In this document: in pieces, positions 49,988 through 58,014 of the stretch
Numbering within the stretch: the first letter of the stretch is position 1
Layout of the letters: each line of letters starts with the position of its first letter
Assembly (NCBI GenBank): GCA_036381155.1
Contig: DASVDJ010000035.1
Location: 137,755 to 201,754 of the forward strand
DNA: 64,000 nt
Direction: 5' to 3'
DNA from: Vicinamibacterales bacterium
GTDB taxonomy: Bacteria > Acidobacteriota > Vicinamibacteria > Vicinamibacterales > JAENWD01
Program-made: the position numbers and the translations under genes
The notes under the pieces: model-generated
The model's database searches: none
Seen by the model: only the letters and a program-made list of their open reading frames with translations
Told to the model about the DNA's origin: nothing

Positions 49988-50713
49988 TCAGGCGCCGGCG
50001 CCCGCGAGATAGGCCGGCTTGCGGAAGAGGATCTCCCGCATGTTCGTCTGGAGCAGGAAGGAGTCCGAGACGCGGAGGCCCTCGAACAGCTTGATGATGT
50101 CGCGGTTCTGCAGGATACGCGTCCTGGTCCGCGCGGGGCCGTAGGGCCGGTAGTGGAGGGTCTGGTCGTCGGCGACGACGAACTTCGTGAACGTCGTCTC
50201 GCGCCCCGCGGCGGTGCCGAAGAAACCGAGCAGCGCGCCGTCCACCGCGAGCAGCCGTGTCAGCTGCGCCGCCAGGACCTGTCCGGCCGCCGGCGGCAGG
50301 AAGTCGATCACGTCCCAGCAGAGGATGCCGTCGAACGTGCCGTCGGCCTGGGGGAACCGCCGCTCCAGGAACGCGGCCAGTTCCTCCTCACGATCGCGGT
50401 GCCGATCGACGTCGGCGAACAGGTCCTCGACGAAGATCTTGCATCCGAGCTGCTCGCCGAAGAACGCGACGTTGGTGCCGATGACGGGTCCGAGGTCGAG
50501 CAGGACCGGATCGGTCCGGTTCGTCAGCGTCGCGAGGAACTTCCGCAGCGCCTTGGTCGGGAACGGCGTGCCGGCGACACTGCCGGACGCCGGCGAGACC
50601 GCCTCCTGCTCGGAGGTCCGTCGGCCTCCCAATCGCCCCAGCAGCGCGCTCCACCCACCACGCTCCGACCCGGCCACCACTCTCGCCTCAATGAGCGGCG
50701 GAGCGCATGCCAC
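49988..50713 (-). CDS. Putative class I SAM-dependent methyltransferase
   Basis: 241 aa with a GTG start (uncertain). Motif I-like VLLDLGPVIG. Acidic loop FVEDLF. Motif FDGILCWDVIDFL ... LLAVDGALLGFF. Family assignment is tentative. Confidence 0.6.
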   Translation of the reverse strand: MACAPPLIEARVVAGSERGGWSALLGRLGGRRTSEQEAVSPASGSVAGTPFPTKALRKFLATLTNRTDPVLLDLGPVIGTNVAFFGEQLGCKIFVEDLFADVDRHRDREEELAAFLERRFPQADGTFDGILCWDVIDFLPPAAGQVLAAQLTRLLAVDGALLGFFGTAAGRETTFTKFVVADDQTLHYRPYGPARTRTRILQNRDIIKLFEGLRVSDSFLLQTNMREILFRKPAYLAGAGA

Positions 50714-50752
50714 CCGGCAGCTGGCGCTCCACCCCTCGACGCCGCATCCCGT

Positions 50753-51271
50753 CTACGCCCCGACCTTCTGCGCGCCCGCCGGCTGCGCCGCCGGCTTGGA
50801 CTCGCTCTTCTCGGCGCCCTTCGGAGCCGCCGTACCCGAGCGCTTCATGTCCACGCTGCCGCGGAAGTGGGCTCCCTCGGCAATCGCCACGCGCGGCGAG
50901 ACGATGTCGCCGTCGACGGAGCCGTTGTCGCGGATGTCGACCTTCTCCGTCGCCGAGACGTTGCCGATGACCTCGCCGAGCACGATCACCTGCTTCGCGA
51001 ACACCTCCGCACGGATCCGGCCGTTGCTGCCGATCGTGAGGACGTGGTCCTTCAGCTCGATCTTGCCCTCGACGTGGCCTTCGATCGTCAGGTCTTCGCT
51101 GCCGTTCAGCTCGCCCTTGATGACGACGGACTTGCCGATGTGCACGACATCGCGCGAGGACCGGCCGCTCTCGTAGCCGGTCGTGGACACGGCCGGAGCG
51201 GCCGGGGCGGCCGGACTCGCAGGGGGAGCCGGCGGCGTCGGCGGCTTCACCGCCTCGTCACGCTTCCACAT
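50753..51271 (-). CDS. Bactofilin (polymer-forming cytoskeletal protein)
   Basis: Trimmed from track ORF 50753..51484 to the ATG at 51271 (MWKRDEAVKPP...). Pro/Ala-rich N-terminus. Central beta-helical repeats (VVIKGELNGSEDLTIEGHVEGKIELKDHVLTIGSNGRIRAEVFAKQVIVLGEVIGNVSATEKVDIRDNGSVDGDIVSPRVAIAEGAHFRGSVDM). Confidence 0.85.
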   Translation of the reverse strand: MWKRDEAVKPPTPPAPPASPAAPAAPAVSTTGYESGRSSRDVVHIGKSVVIKGELNGSEDLTIEGHVEGKIELKDHVLTIGSNGRIRAEVFAKQVIVLGEVIGNVSATEKVDIRDNGSVDGDIVSPRVAIAEGAHFRGSVDMKRSGTAAPKGAEKSESKPAAQPAGAQKVGA

Positions 51272-51476
51272 GTGTTTGACCTCCACTCGGCCGCAATCGC
51301 GACCCCTGTGGGCGACGGGGCGCCGCCCGGGCGCGCCGCCAATTGGGGGATGCAATCGGCCGGAGCCTGATACTCCGTGCCGGGGAACCTCGCAGCGAGT
51401 ATAGGCAGCGCGGCAGAGTATTGTCCAGTCGGATCGGCCGGAAAAATCAGGCCGGATGCTATGATCGACCGAGGCC

Positions 51477-52640
51477 GTGCGCATCTATTTCGATCACAAC
51501 GCGACGACCCCGCTGCACCCCGCCGCGCTCGAGGCCACCACCCGTGCGCTCCGGGAGACGTTCGGCAACGCGTCGAGCGTCCACACGTTCGGGCAGCAGG
51601 CCAAGGCGGTGCTCGACGAGGCGCGCGCCCGGGTCGCCGCCCTCATCGGCGCCGAGCCGGCAGAGGTGGTCTTCACCGCCGGCGGCACCGAGGCGGACAA
51701 CTTCGCGATCCGCGGGGCCGCCGAGGCGCTGGAATCCCGCGGCCGCCGCCACGTCGTCACGTCCCAGATCGAGCACGAGGCGATCCTCAACACCTGCCGG
51801 GCGCTGGAGCGCCGCGGCTGGCGCGTGACCTGGGTCCCGCCGACCCAGGCCGGCGTGGTCGAGCCCGACGCCGTGGCCGCCGCCCTGGACGACGAGACCG
51901 CGATCGTCTCGATCATGCACGCGAACAACGAAACCGGCGTCGTGCAGCCGATCGCGGCGATCGCCGAGGCTGCGCATCGCGTCGGCGCCCTCATGCACAC
52001 GGACGCGGTGCAGTCCGCCGGCAAGATTCCCGTCGACGTCCGGGAGCTCGGCGTCGACCTGCTGTCGGTGTCGGCGCACAAGATCGGCGGGCCCAAGGGG
52101 GCCGGTGCGCTCTGGATCCGCCGGGGCGTCCGGATTGCCCCGATCCTGACCGGCGGACGGCACGAGCGCAACCGCCGCGCGGGCACCGAGAACGTCCCCG
52201 CCATCGCGGGCTTCGGCGTGGCGGCGGAGATCGCGCGGACGGGGCTGCCGGAGCACGCGGTCCAGGTCAGCGCGCTCCGCGACCGGCTCGAGCGGGGCGT
52301 GCTCGCAGCGGTGTCCGGCGCCCACGTGAACGGCGAGGGGGCGCCGCGCGTCCCGAACACGTCGAACATCAGCTTCGATCGCGTCGAAGCCGAGTCGCTC
52401 CTGATCGGCCTGGACCTGGAAGGCATCGCCGTCTCGACCGGGTCGGCCTGCTCGTCGGGCACGCTCGAGCCCTCGCACGTGCTCCGAGCGATGCGCCTGC
52501 CCCAGGGGCGAACGCAGAGCGCCATCCGCTTCAGCCTCGGCACGACGAACACGGAGGCCGAGGTCGACCGGCTGCTCGCGGTCCTCCCCCGGCTGGTCGA
52601 AAAGCTCCGGTCGCTCACCCGCGTGCCGGCCGCGCGCTGA
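51477..52640 (+). CDS. Cysteine desulfurase (NifS/IscS class)
   Basis: 387 aa, GTG start. Motifs: IYFDHNATTP, PLP-lysine SAHKIGGPKG, active-site GSACSSG. Confidence 0.95.
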   Translation: MRIYFDHNATTPLHPAALEATTRALRETFGNASSVHTFGQQAKAVLDEARARVAALIGAEPAEVVFTAGGTEADNFAIRGAAEALESRGRRHVVTSQIEHEAILNTCRALERRGWRVTWVPPTQAGVVEPDAVAAALDDETAIVSIMHANNETGVVQPIAAIAEAAHRVGALMHTDAVQSAGKIPVDVRELGVDLLSVSAHKIGGPKGAGALWIRRGVRIAPILTGGRHERNRRAGTENVPAIAGFGVAAEIARTGLPEHAVQVSALRDRLERGVLAAVSGAHVNGEGAPRVPNTSNISFDRVEAESLLIGLDLEGIAVSTGSACSSGTLEPSHVLRAMRLPQGRTQSAIRFSLGTTNTEAEVDRLLAVLPRLVEKLRSLTRVPAAR

Positions 52641-52667
52641 CGCGCCCCCGCGCGCGCACCCAGCAGG

Positions 52668-53732
52668 ATGCGAATCGTCGTTGCCATGTCGGGCGGCGTG
52701 GACTCCTCGGTCGCCGCCGCGCGCCTCGTCGAGGCCGGACACGAGGTCATCGGCCTGTCGATGCAGCTCTACGATCAGCGCGAGGGGAACGCCGCGGCAT
52801 TCGGACGCTGCTGCTCGCTGGACGACCTGCACGACGCCCGCCGCGTCGCCGCGGCGCTCGGCATCCCCCACTACGTCCTCAATCTCGAACGGCCCTTCCA
52901 GGAGACCGTCGTCGCGAACTTCGCCCGCGAGTACGCAGCCGGGCGGACGCCCATCCCCTGCAGCCACTGCAACAGCGAGCTCAAGTTCGCCACGCTCGTG
53001 AACCGCGCCGCGGGGTTCGATGCCGGCACGGTCGCCACCGGCCACTATGCCCGGATTCGCGTGGACGAAGGCGGGCGGCGTCACCTGCATCGCGGCCTGG
53101 ACGCCGACAAGGACCAGTCCTACTTCCTGTTCGCGCTCACGCAGGAACAGCTGTCGCGTGCGGCGTTTCCCGTCGGCGACTGGACGAAGGCGGAGGTCCG
53201 GGCGTACGCACGGGCGCGCAGCCTCCCGGTGGCTGACAAGCCGGACAGCCAGGAGATCTGCTTCGTTCCCGACGGCGACTATGCACGCGTCGTCGAGTCG
53301 AAGCTCGGGGCCGCGCCGCCGGGCGGCGCGATCACCGACACCTCCGGCCGCGTGCTCGGGCGGCACGACGGCATCCACCGCTTCACGGTCGGACAGCGGA
53401 AGGGCCTCCGGCTCTCCTCCACCGAGCCGCTCTACGTCCTCGCCATCCAGCCGGAGACGGCGACGCTCGTGGTCGGCAGCCGCAGCGATCTGGAGCGGAT
53501 GGACTGCGAGGTCAGGCAGGTGAACTGGATTGCGGGCACGCCGCCGGACGGGTCGATCACCGCGGCCGTCCAGATCCGGCACCGCCACCCGCCTGGCGCA
53601 GCCACGATCACCCCGATCGGCCACGATCGGGTCCGTGTCGTCTTCGACGCTCCGCAGATTGCCGTGACACCCGGCCAGGCGGCCGTCTTCTACGATGGCG
53701 ACGAGGTGCTCGGCGGCGGCTGGATCGATTGA
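52668..53732 (+). CDS. mnmA: tRNA 2-thiouridine(34) synthase
   Basis: 354 aa. PP-loop VAMSGGVDSS. Motifs: CCSLDDLHDARRVAAALGIPHYVLN, CNSELKF, KDQSYFL. Confidence 0.95.
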   Translation: MRIVVAMSGGVDSSVAAARLVEAGHEVIGLSMQLYDQREGNAAAFGRCCSLDDLHDARRVAAALGIPHYVLNLERPFQETVVANFAREYAAGRTPIPCSHCNSELKFATLVNRAAGFDAGTVATGHYARIRVDEGGRRHLHRGLDADKDQSYFLFALTQEQLSRAAFPVGDWTKAEVRAYARARSLPVADKPDSQEICFVPDGDYARVVESKLGAAPPGGAITDTSGRVLGRHDGIHRFTVGQRKGLRLSSTEPLYVLAIQPETATLVVGSRSDLERMDCEVRQVNWIAGTPPDGSITAAVQIRHRHPPGAATITPIGHDRVRVVFDAPQIAVTPGQAAVFYDGDEVLGGGWID

Positions 53733-53751
53733 GCCGGACGCTCCGGTCCGG

Positions 53752-53854
53752 GTCACGAACCACAGCGCCACAGAGGACGCACAGAGGTTCCAGCCCTCTG
53801 CGCTTCGGGATTCTGTGCGTCCTCTGTGCCCTCGGTGCCTCTGCGGTTCGTGAC
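53752..53854. repeat. 103-bp compound palindromic (REP/MITE-like) element between convergent genes
   Basis: Perfect outer arms GTCACGAACC (53752..53761) / GGTTCGTGAC (53845..53854). Perfect inner arms CACAGAGGACGCACAGA (53769..53785) / TCTGTGCGTCCTCTGTG (53812..53828). Apical CAGAGG/CCTCTG mini-hairpin. Lies between the mnmA stop (53732) and the trxB stop (53866). Confidence 0.6.
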
Positions 53855-53865
53855 TGCGACGGGTA

Positions 53866-54840
53866 CTAGCTGCTGCTCGCGGTCTCGATCGACTCCGGCA
53901 CGTGGTGGTGCCCGAGGTCCTCGAGGTAGCGCTCGGCGTCCATGGCGGCCATGCAACCGGATCCGGCCGCGGTGATCGCCTGGCGGTAGGTGGGATCCTG
54001 GACGTCGCCCGCGGCGAACACGCCGACGATGTTCGTCCGCGTGCCGTTCGTGACGATGTAGCCGTTCGGATCGAGCTCGAGCTGCCCCTGAAACAGCTGG
54101 GTGTTCGGCGAGTGTCCGATTGCAACGAAGACGCCGTCCACGGCCAGCTCCGACCGCTCCTGCGTCTCGACGTTCCGCAGGACGACGCCCGTGACCTCGC
54201 CCTTCGCGACGTCGCGGATCTCCTCGACGACCGTGTTCCAGATGAACTCGATCTTCGGGTGCGCCATCGCCTTGTCCTGCATGATCTTCGACGCGCGCAG
54301 GCGATCGCGCCGGTGCACGACGTAGACCTTCGAGGCGAACCGCGTCAGGAAGAGCGCCTCCTCCATCGCCGTGTCACCGCCCCCGACGACGACGATCGGC
54401 CGGTCCTTGAAGAACGCGCCGTCGCAGGTGGCGCAGCTGGAGACGCCGCGGCCGACCAGCTGCTTCTCGGAGGGCAGGCCCAGCCACCGTGCCGAGGCGC
54501 CGGTCGCGATGATCAGCGCGTCGGCGGTGACCGACGTGCGGCCGGTCCTGATGACGAAGGGGCGCACGCCGAGATCGACGGCGTCGACATCGCCGCCCCG
54601 GATCGTCGCGCCGAACCGCTCCGCCTGGGCGCGCATCTCCGCCATCAGGTCGGGCCCCATGATCCCCTCCCGATACCCCGGCCAGTTCTCGACCGTCGTC
54701 GTGATCATCAGCTGGCCCCCCGCTTCGAGCCCTTCGATCACGAGCGGCTGCAGGTTGGCCCGGGCGGTGTACAGCGCCGCGGTCAGCCCGGCGGGACCGG
54801 ACCCGATGATGACGACCTGGCGGTGTTCGGTAGCGCTCAC
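53866..54840 (-). CDS. trxB: Thioredoxin-disulfide reductase
   Basis: Trimmed from track ORF 53866..55074 to the GTG at 54840, which overlaps the trxA stop (GTGA). Motifs: VIIGSGPAGLTAALY, redox-active CATCDG, VVGGGDTAMEEA. Confidence 0.95.
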   Translation of the reverse strand: MSATEHRQVVIIGSGPAGLTAALYTARANLQPLVIEGLEAGGQLMITTTVENWPGYREGIMGPDLMAEMRAQAERFGATIRGGDVDAVDLGVRPFVIRTGRTSVTADALIIATGASARWLGLPSEKQLVGRGVSSCATCDGAFFKDRPIVVVGGGDTAMEEALFLTRFASKVYVVHRRDRLRASKIMQDKAMAHPKIEFIWNTVVEEIRDVAKGEVTGVVLRNVETQERSELAVDGVFVAIGHSPNTQLFQGQLELDPNGYIVTNGTRTNIVGVFAAGDVQDPTYRQAITAAGSGCMAAMDAERYLEDLGHHHVPESIETASSS

Positions 54841-55166
54841 AGGTGCTTCTCGATCATCTGGGAGAGCTGCTCGCGCGTGACCTGGGCGCCGACGACGGAC
54901 TCCACGACGTCGCCGCCCTTGAAGATCAGGAGCGTCGGGATGCCGCGCACCGAGTACTGCGCCGGCGTCCGCGGGTTGTCGTCGACATTCAGCTTGCCGA
55001 TGACTGCGCGCCCGTCGAAGTCCGCCGCGAGCGCTTCCACGGTCGGCGCGATGCGCTTGCACGGGCCGCACCACGGGGCCCAGAAGTCGACGAGCACCGG
55101 CCGCTGCGACTGCAGCACGTCCTGCGCGAAGTTCGAGTCCGTAAACGTCTGCACCTTGTCCGCCAT
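54837..55166 (-). CDS. trxA: Thioredoxin
   Basis: 109 aa. Motifs: VLVDFWAPWCGPCK, GIPTLLIFKGG. Confidence 0.95.
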   Translation of the reverse strand: MADKVQTFTDSNFAQDVLQSQRPVLVDFWAPWCGPCKRIAPTVEALAADFDGRAVIGKLNVDDNPRTPAQYSVRGIPTLLIFKGGDVVESVVGAQVTREQLSQMIEKHL

Positions 55167-55334
55167 GATGATCCGTTACTCAGGGCCACCCTGCCGGGCG
55201 GCAATTACCTCATCATCGCCCACTCGCCGCGCCGCTGCCAACTCTCATCGCATGGCGCCGGGGCCACCCTGTTCCTGAGATGCCCGGCGGTGTCGCCGGG
55301 GCACGGGGCACGTCATGATATCTTCGCTGCGGCC

Positions 55335-56192
55335 ATGGTCCATCCCCCGTCCCGGCCGGCGCGGCCGGACCCCCCGGAAATCGCGGAGCTGCGCGCACTT
55401 CGCGCGAATCACCCCGAGCTGGCGCCCGCGGTCGACCTGCAGGTGGACCTGATGGAGCTCGCACGGCGTCTGCTGGTCCGGATCCCGACGCCGCCCGTGC
55501 CCCCGTCGCCGGCGCTGCTGATGAGCCGCCTCGAGCGCGGGAATCGCATGCTCGAGCTCGAGGATCTGCCGCTCGACTGGGCGGAGGTGCGGCTGGCGCT
55601 GCGTCAGACGGCCGATATCCTCGCGCGGCACGATTCCCTGGAACCGCCCCATCACGACGCGATCAGCACGCTCGTGCGCGATGCCGACGCAACCGAGCGG
55701 CTGATCCGGACCTGGTACGCCGAAACGGCGTGCGGACCGGCGGCTTCCCCCGCCACCGACCGCCCCGCGATGTTCGACGATGTGGCCAGTCTGGCCATCC
55801 GGCCGTTCCTGTCGCGCACGCTGGAACTGGCGAGCCGGATGATCACGCTCGGCGACTGGGGCCGGTCGTGGTGCCCCTTCTGCGGCGCGGAACCGGATTT
55901 CGCGGTGCTGCTCGACGACCATCACCGCGCCCTCGTCTGCAGCCGCTGCCTCGGACGCTGGCCGTGGGAAGCCGTGGGGTGTCCCTGGTGCCCGACCCGG
56001 GATCGCTCGCAGTTGCCGATGTTCGCGAGCCGGGACCGCCGGTACCGGGTCTACGCGTGTCAGGTCTGCCGCCGCTACCTGAAGGCGGTAGACGTCCGTC
56101 ACACGAGCCGCCCGGCGATGCCGCCCGTCGACGCCATCGCCACCCTCCCCCTCGACGCCGCAGCGGTCCAGCAGGGCTTCATCGGGGCCTGA
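55335..56192 (+). CDS. FdhE-like four-CxxC zinc-ribbon protein
   Basis: Trimmed from track ORF 54843..56192 to the ATG at 55335. The C-terminal part has CPFCG ... CSRC ... CPWCP ... CQVCRRYLK, the rubredoxin-like arrangement typical of FdhE. No formate dehydrogenase genes are in the window. Confidence 0.7.
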   Translation: MVHPPSRPARPDPPEIAELRALRANHPELAPAVDLQVDLMELARRLLVRIPTPPVPPSPALLMSRLERGNRMLELEDLPLDWAEVRLALRQTADILARHDSLEPPHHDAISTLVRDADATERLIRTWYAETACGPAASPATDRPAMFDDVASLAIRPFLSRTLELASRMITLGDWGRSWCPFCGAEPDFAVLLDDHHRALVCSRCLGRWPWEAVGCPWCPTRDRSQLPMFASRDRRYRVYACQVCRRYLKAVDVRHTSRPAMPPVDAIATLPLDAAAVQQGFIGA

Positions 56193-56283
56193 ACGCGGCG
56201 CTCGCCGGACCGATCCGCACCCGTACACGACAACGGGCGCCGTGAGGCGCCCGCGTCCCTGTCTTCACCAGGCTGGTGGGCTG

Positions 56284-57417
56284 TCAGTTCTGCGCCGAGG
56301 AGGCCGCGGCCTGCGCGGCGGCGCCTCCGACGGCCGGCGTCGCGGTGAGCATGTTGAGCGACTGCGTCTTCGACGCGAGCCAGTTGAACAGGTGCCGCGT
56401 CTCCCAGAACCGCCCGGCGCTCGATCGGGCGCCGAGCACGACGACGGCGACCTGCTGGTTCGTCTGGGGCAGCCGCAGCAGCGTGGCCAGGCAATAGCCG
56501 GCCTTCGAGATGAACCCGGTCTTGCCGCCCCGGACGTCCACGTCCTCGTTGCCGAGCAGCTGGTTCGTGTTGTTGATGTTCAGCGCCCGGCGGTTGGTCA
56601 GGATCGTGTGATGCGGCTTCCGCATGATCGACGAGAGGCGCTCGTCGCTGGCGGCAAAGGCGATCAGGCGGGCCATGTCGTAGGCGGACGAGATATTGCG
56701 CGGATCCAGGCCGGACGGGTCGGCGTAGGAGGTGTGCTCGAGGCCGAGCTCGGCGGCCTTCTCGTTCATCCGGTCGATGAAGCGCTCGGTGCCGAGCGGC
56801 GACGTCCGGGCCAGCGCGCGGGCCGCCGCGTTGTCCGACGCGATGAGCGTCAGGTGCAGCAGGTCGTCGAGCGTCACCTTCTCGCCGGCCCGCAGGTACG
56901 TGTGGTTCGCGCGCGCGACGTCGGACCGGACGATCGTGACGGTGCGATCGAGATTCGGATTCGCCTCGAGCATCACGGCGGCCGTCATGACCTTCGTGAT
57001 GCTCGCGATGGAGCGGGGATCCTGCGAATTCGATTCCCAGAGCACCTGGTCGGTCTCGGGGTTGTAGATGATGGCCGCCGCCGCCCGGACATCCGGTACG
57101 AGCTCGCCCCGCTCGTTCAGTTTGAACCGGGGCTGCGCCAGCTCCCGCAGCTGGCGCGCCCGCGCGGCGGCTCGCGCGCGGGCCAGGCGCGCGCGGCGCG
57201 CCCGGGCCGCCTTCGACAGACGGCGCTTCGACGAGGACTTCTTCTGGGCCGCGACCTCGGTCCGGACAACTCCTGAAACCAGCGACGACGCGCCGGTCGA
57301 TGCGGGCGTGTGCAGGGACGCCGCGATCGCCGCACCCTCGGCACCGGCGACGGCGACGCAGACTCCCACGAAAACGACAAACGGACGCACGACGCCCGCG
57401 AACCTCATCTGGAGCAT
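56284..57417 (-). CDS. D-alanyl-D-alanine carboxypeptidase (peptidase S11, PBP5/6-like)
   Basis: Trimmed to the ATG at 57417 (an AAGGGA Shine-Dalgarno-like sequence lies upstream, and a promoter sits inside the longer track ORF). Signal peptide. SxxK (SITK), SxN (SDN), KTG (KTGF). Confidence 0.9.
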   Translation of the reverse strand: MLQMRFAGVVRPFVVFVGVCVAVAGAEGAAIAASLHTPASTGASSLVSGVVRTEVAAQKKSSSKRRLSKAARARRARLARARAAARARQLRELAQPRFKLNERGELVPDVRAAAAIIYNPETDQVLWESNSQDPRSIASITKVMTAAVMLEANPNLDRTVTIVRSDVARANHTYLRAGEKVTLDDLLHLTLIASDNAAARALARTSPLGTERFIDRMNEKAAELGLEHTSYADPSGLDPRNISSAYDMARLIAFAASDERLSSIMRKPHHTILTNRRALNINNTNQLLGNEDVDVRGGKTGFISKAGYCLATLLRLPQTNQQVAVVVLGARSSAGRFWETRHLFNWLASKTQSLNMLTATPAVGGAAAQAAASSAQN

Positions 57418-57466
57418 CCGACAGGTCCCTTCTGAAACGAGCAGCGGCCTTTCAGTTAATAGTCGG

Positions 57467-57495
57467 ATGATAACCAGAGATCCTTTATGAAGCAA
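57467..57495 (-). promoter_or_regulatory. Sigma-70-like promoter for the carboxypeptidase gene
   Basis: On the minus strand: TTGCTT (57495..57490), 17-nt spacer, TATCAT (57472..57467), in an AT-rich patch about 50 nt upstream of the ATG at 57417. Confidence 0.55.
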
Positions 57496-57810
57496 GCACT
57501 TAGCGCGAATATTTGCACCGGTGCGCCAGGGCGGCCGCCGGCTCGCCGATGCCGGCCCTCGACGCGCGGTCCCGAATCCAATCGCTTGGGCCTCAATCCA
57601 ACGACAGACCCCTTTTCAGGACACCGGGTGTGCCATCCGGACACGGTCGGGTGAGACGCCACGGCGGATCCGCTCCCGGCCGACCGCACGGATTCCGCCG
57701 CATTTCCGCACGGCGAGACGCGCGCACGCGCACGCATCACGACCCGCGTTCCGCGCGTCATCCAGGCGGCATGTGAGTTGCTATGAAGTGGGTTCGGCGG
57801 GGGGGTCTCA

Positions 57811-58014
57811 ATGAGCCTGGTACGGTTGCTTGGTTTCACGACGCTCACCTGCGGCTGCGTCGTCGGCCGCTATCGCGAAGTCGCGACGAGCCGCGAGCTC
57901 GCGTACGTCGAGGAGAAGGGCAGCAACTGTGAGCTGGCCCTGCACCGCCGCAATCACACGGTCGCCGCGGAGCGCGTGACGCGCACGCCGACGATCGCCG
58001 TCCGTGCGTCGTAG
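57811..58014 (+). CDS. Hypothetical small Cys/His-containing protein (67 aa)
   Basis: ATG start with a G-rich Shine-Dalgarno-like stretch. Non-biased composition (MSLVRLLGFTTLTCGCVVGRYREVATSRELAYVEEKGSNCELALHRRNH...). C-x-C ... C-x4-H-x3-H spacing. The 3' end overlaps the GTG start of the methyltransferase by 11 nt. Family not recognised. Confidence 0.4.
   Translation: MSLVRLLGFTTLTCGCVVGRYREVATSRELAYVEEKGSNCELALHRRNHTVAAERVTRTPTIAVRAS

Noticed and set aside
56235-56252. GGGCGCC-GTGA-GGCGCCC hairpin between the convergent FdhE-like and carboxypeptidase genes, considered as a bidirectional terminator.
   Set aside because: The 7-bp stem is plausible, but there is no U-tract on either strand, and such stems are frequent by chance at this GC content. 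I do not call it as a feature.
57456-57848. Track ORFs 57456..57848(-), 57513..57776(+) and 57521..57814(+) in the long gap upstream of the small Cys/His ORF.
   Set aside because: All are Arg/Pro/Gly/Ser-rich and mutually overlapping. The minus-strand ORF would run through the carboxypeptidase promoter. I treat the region as non-coding leader.
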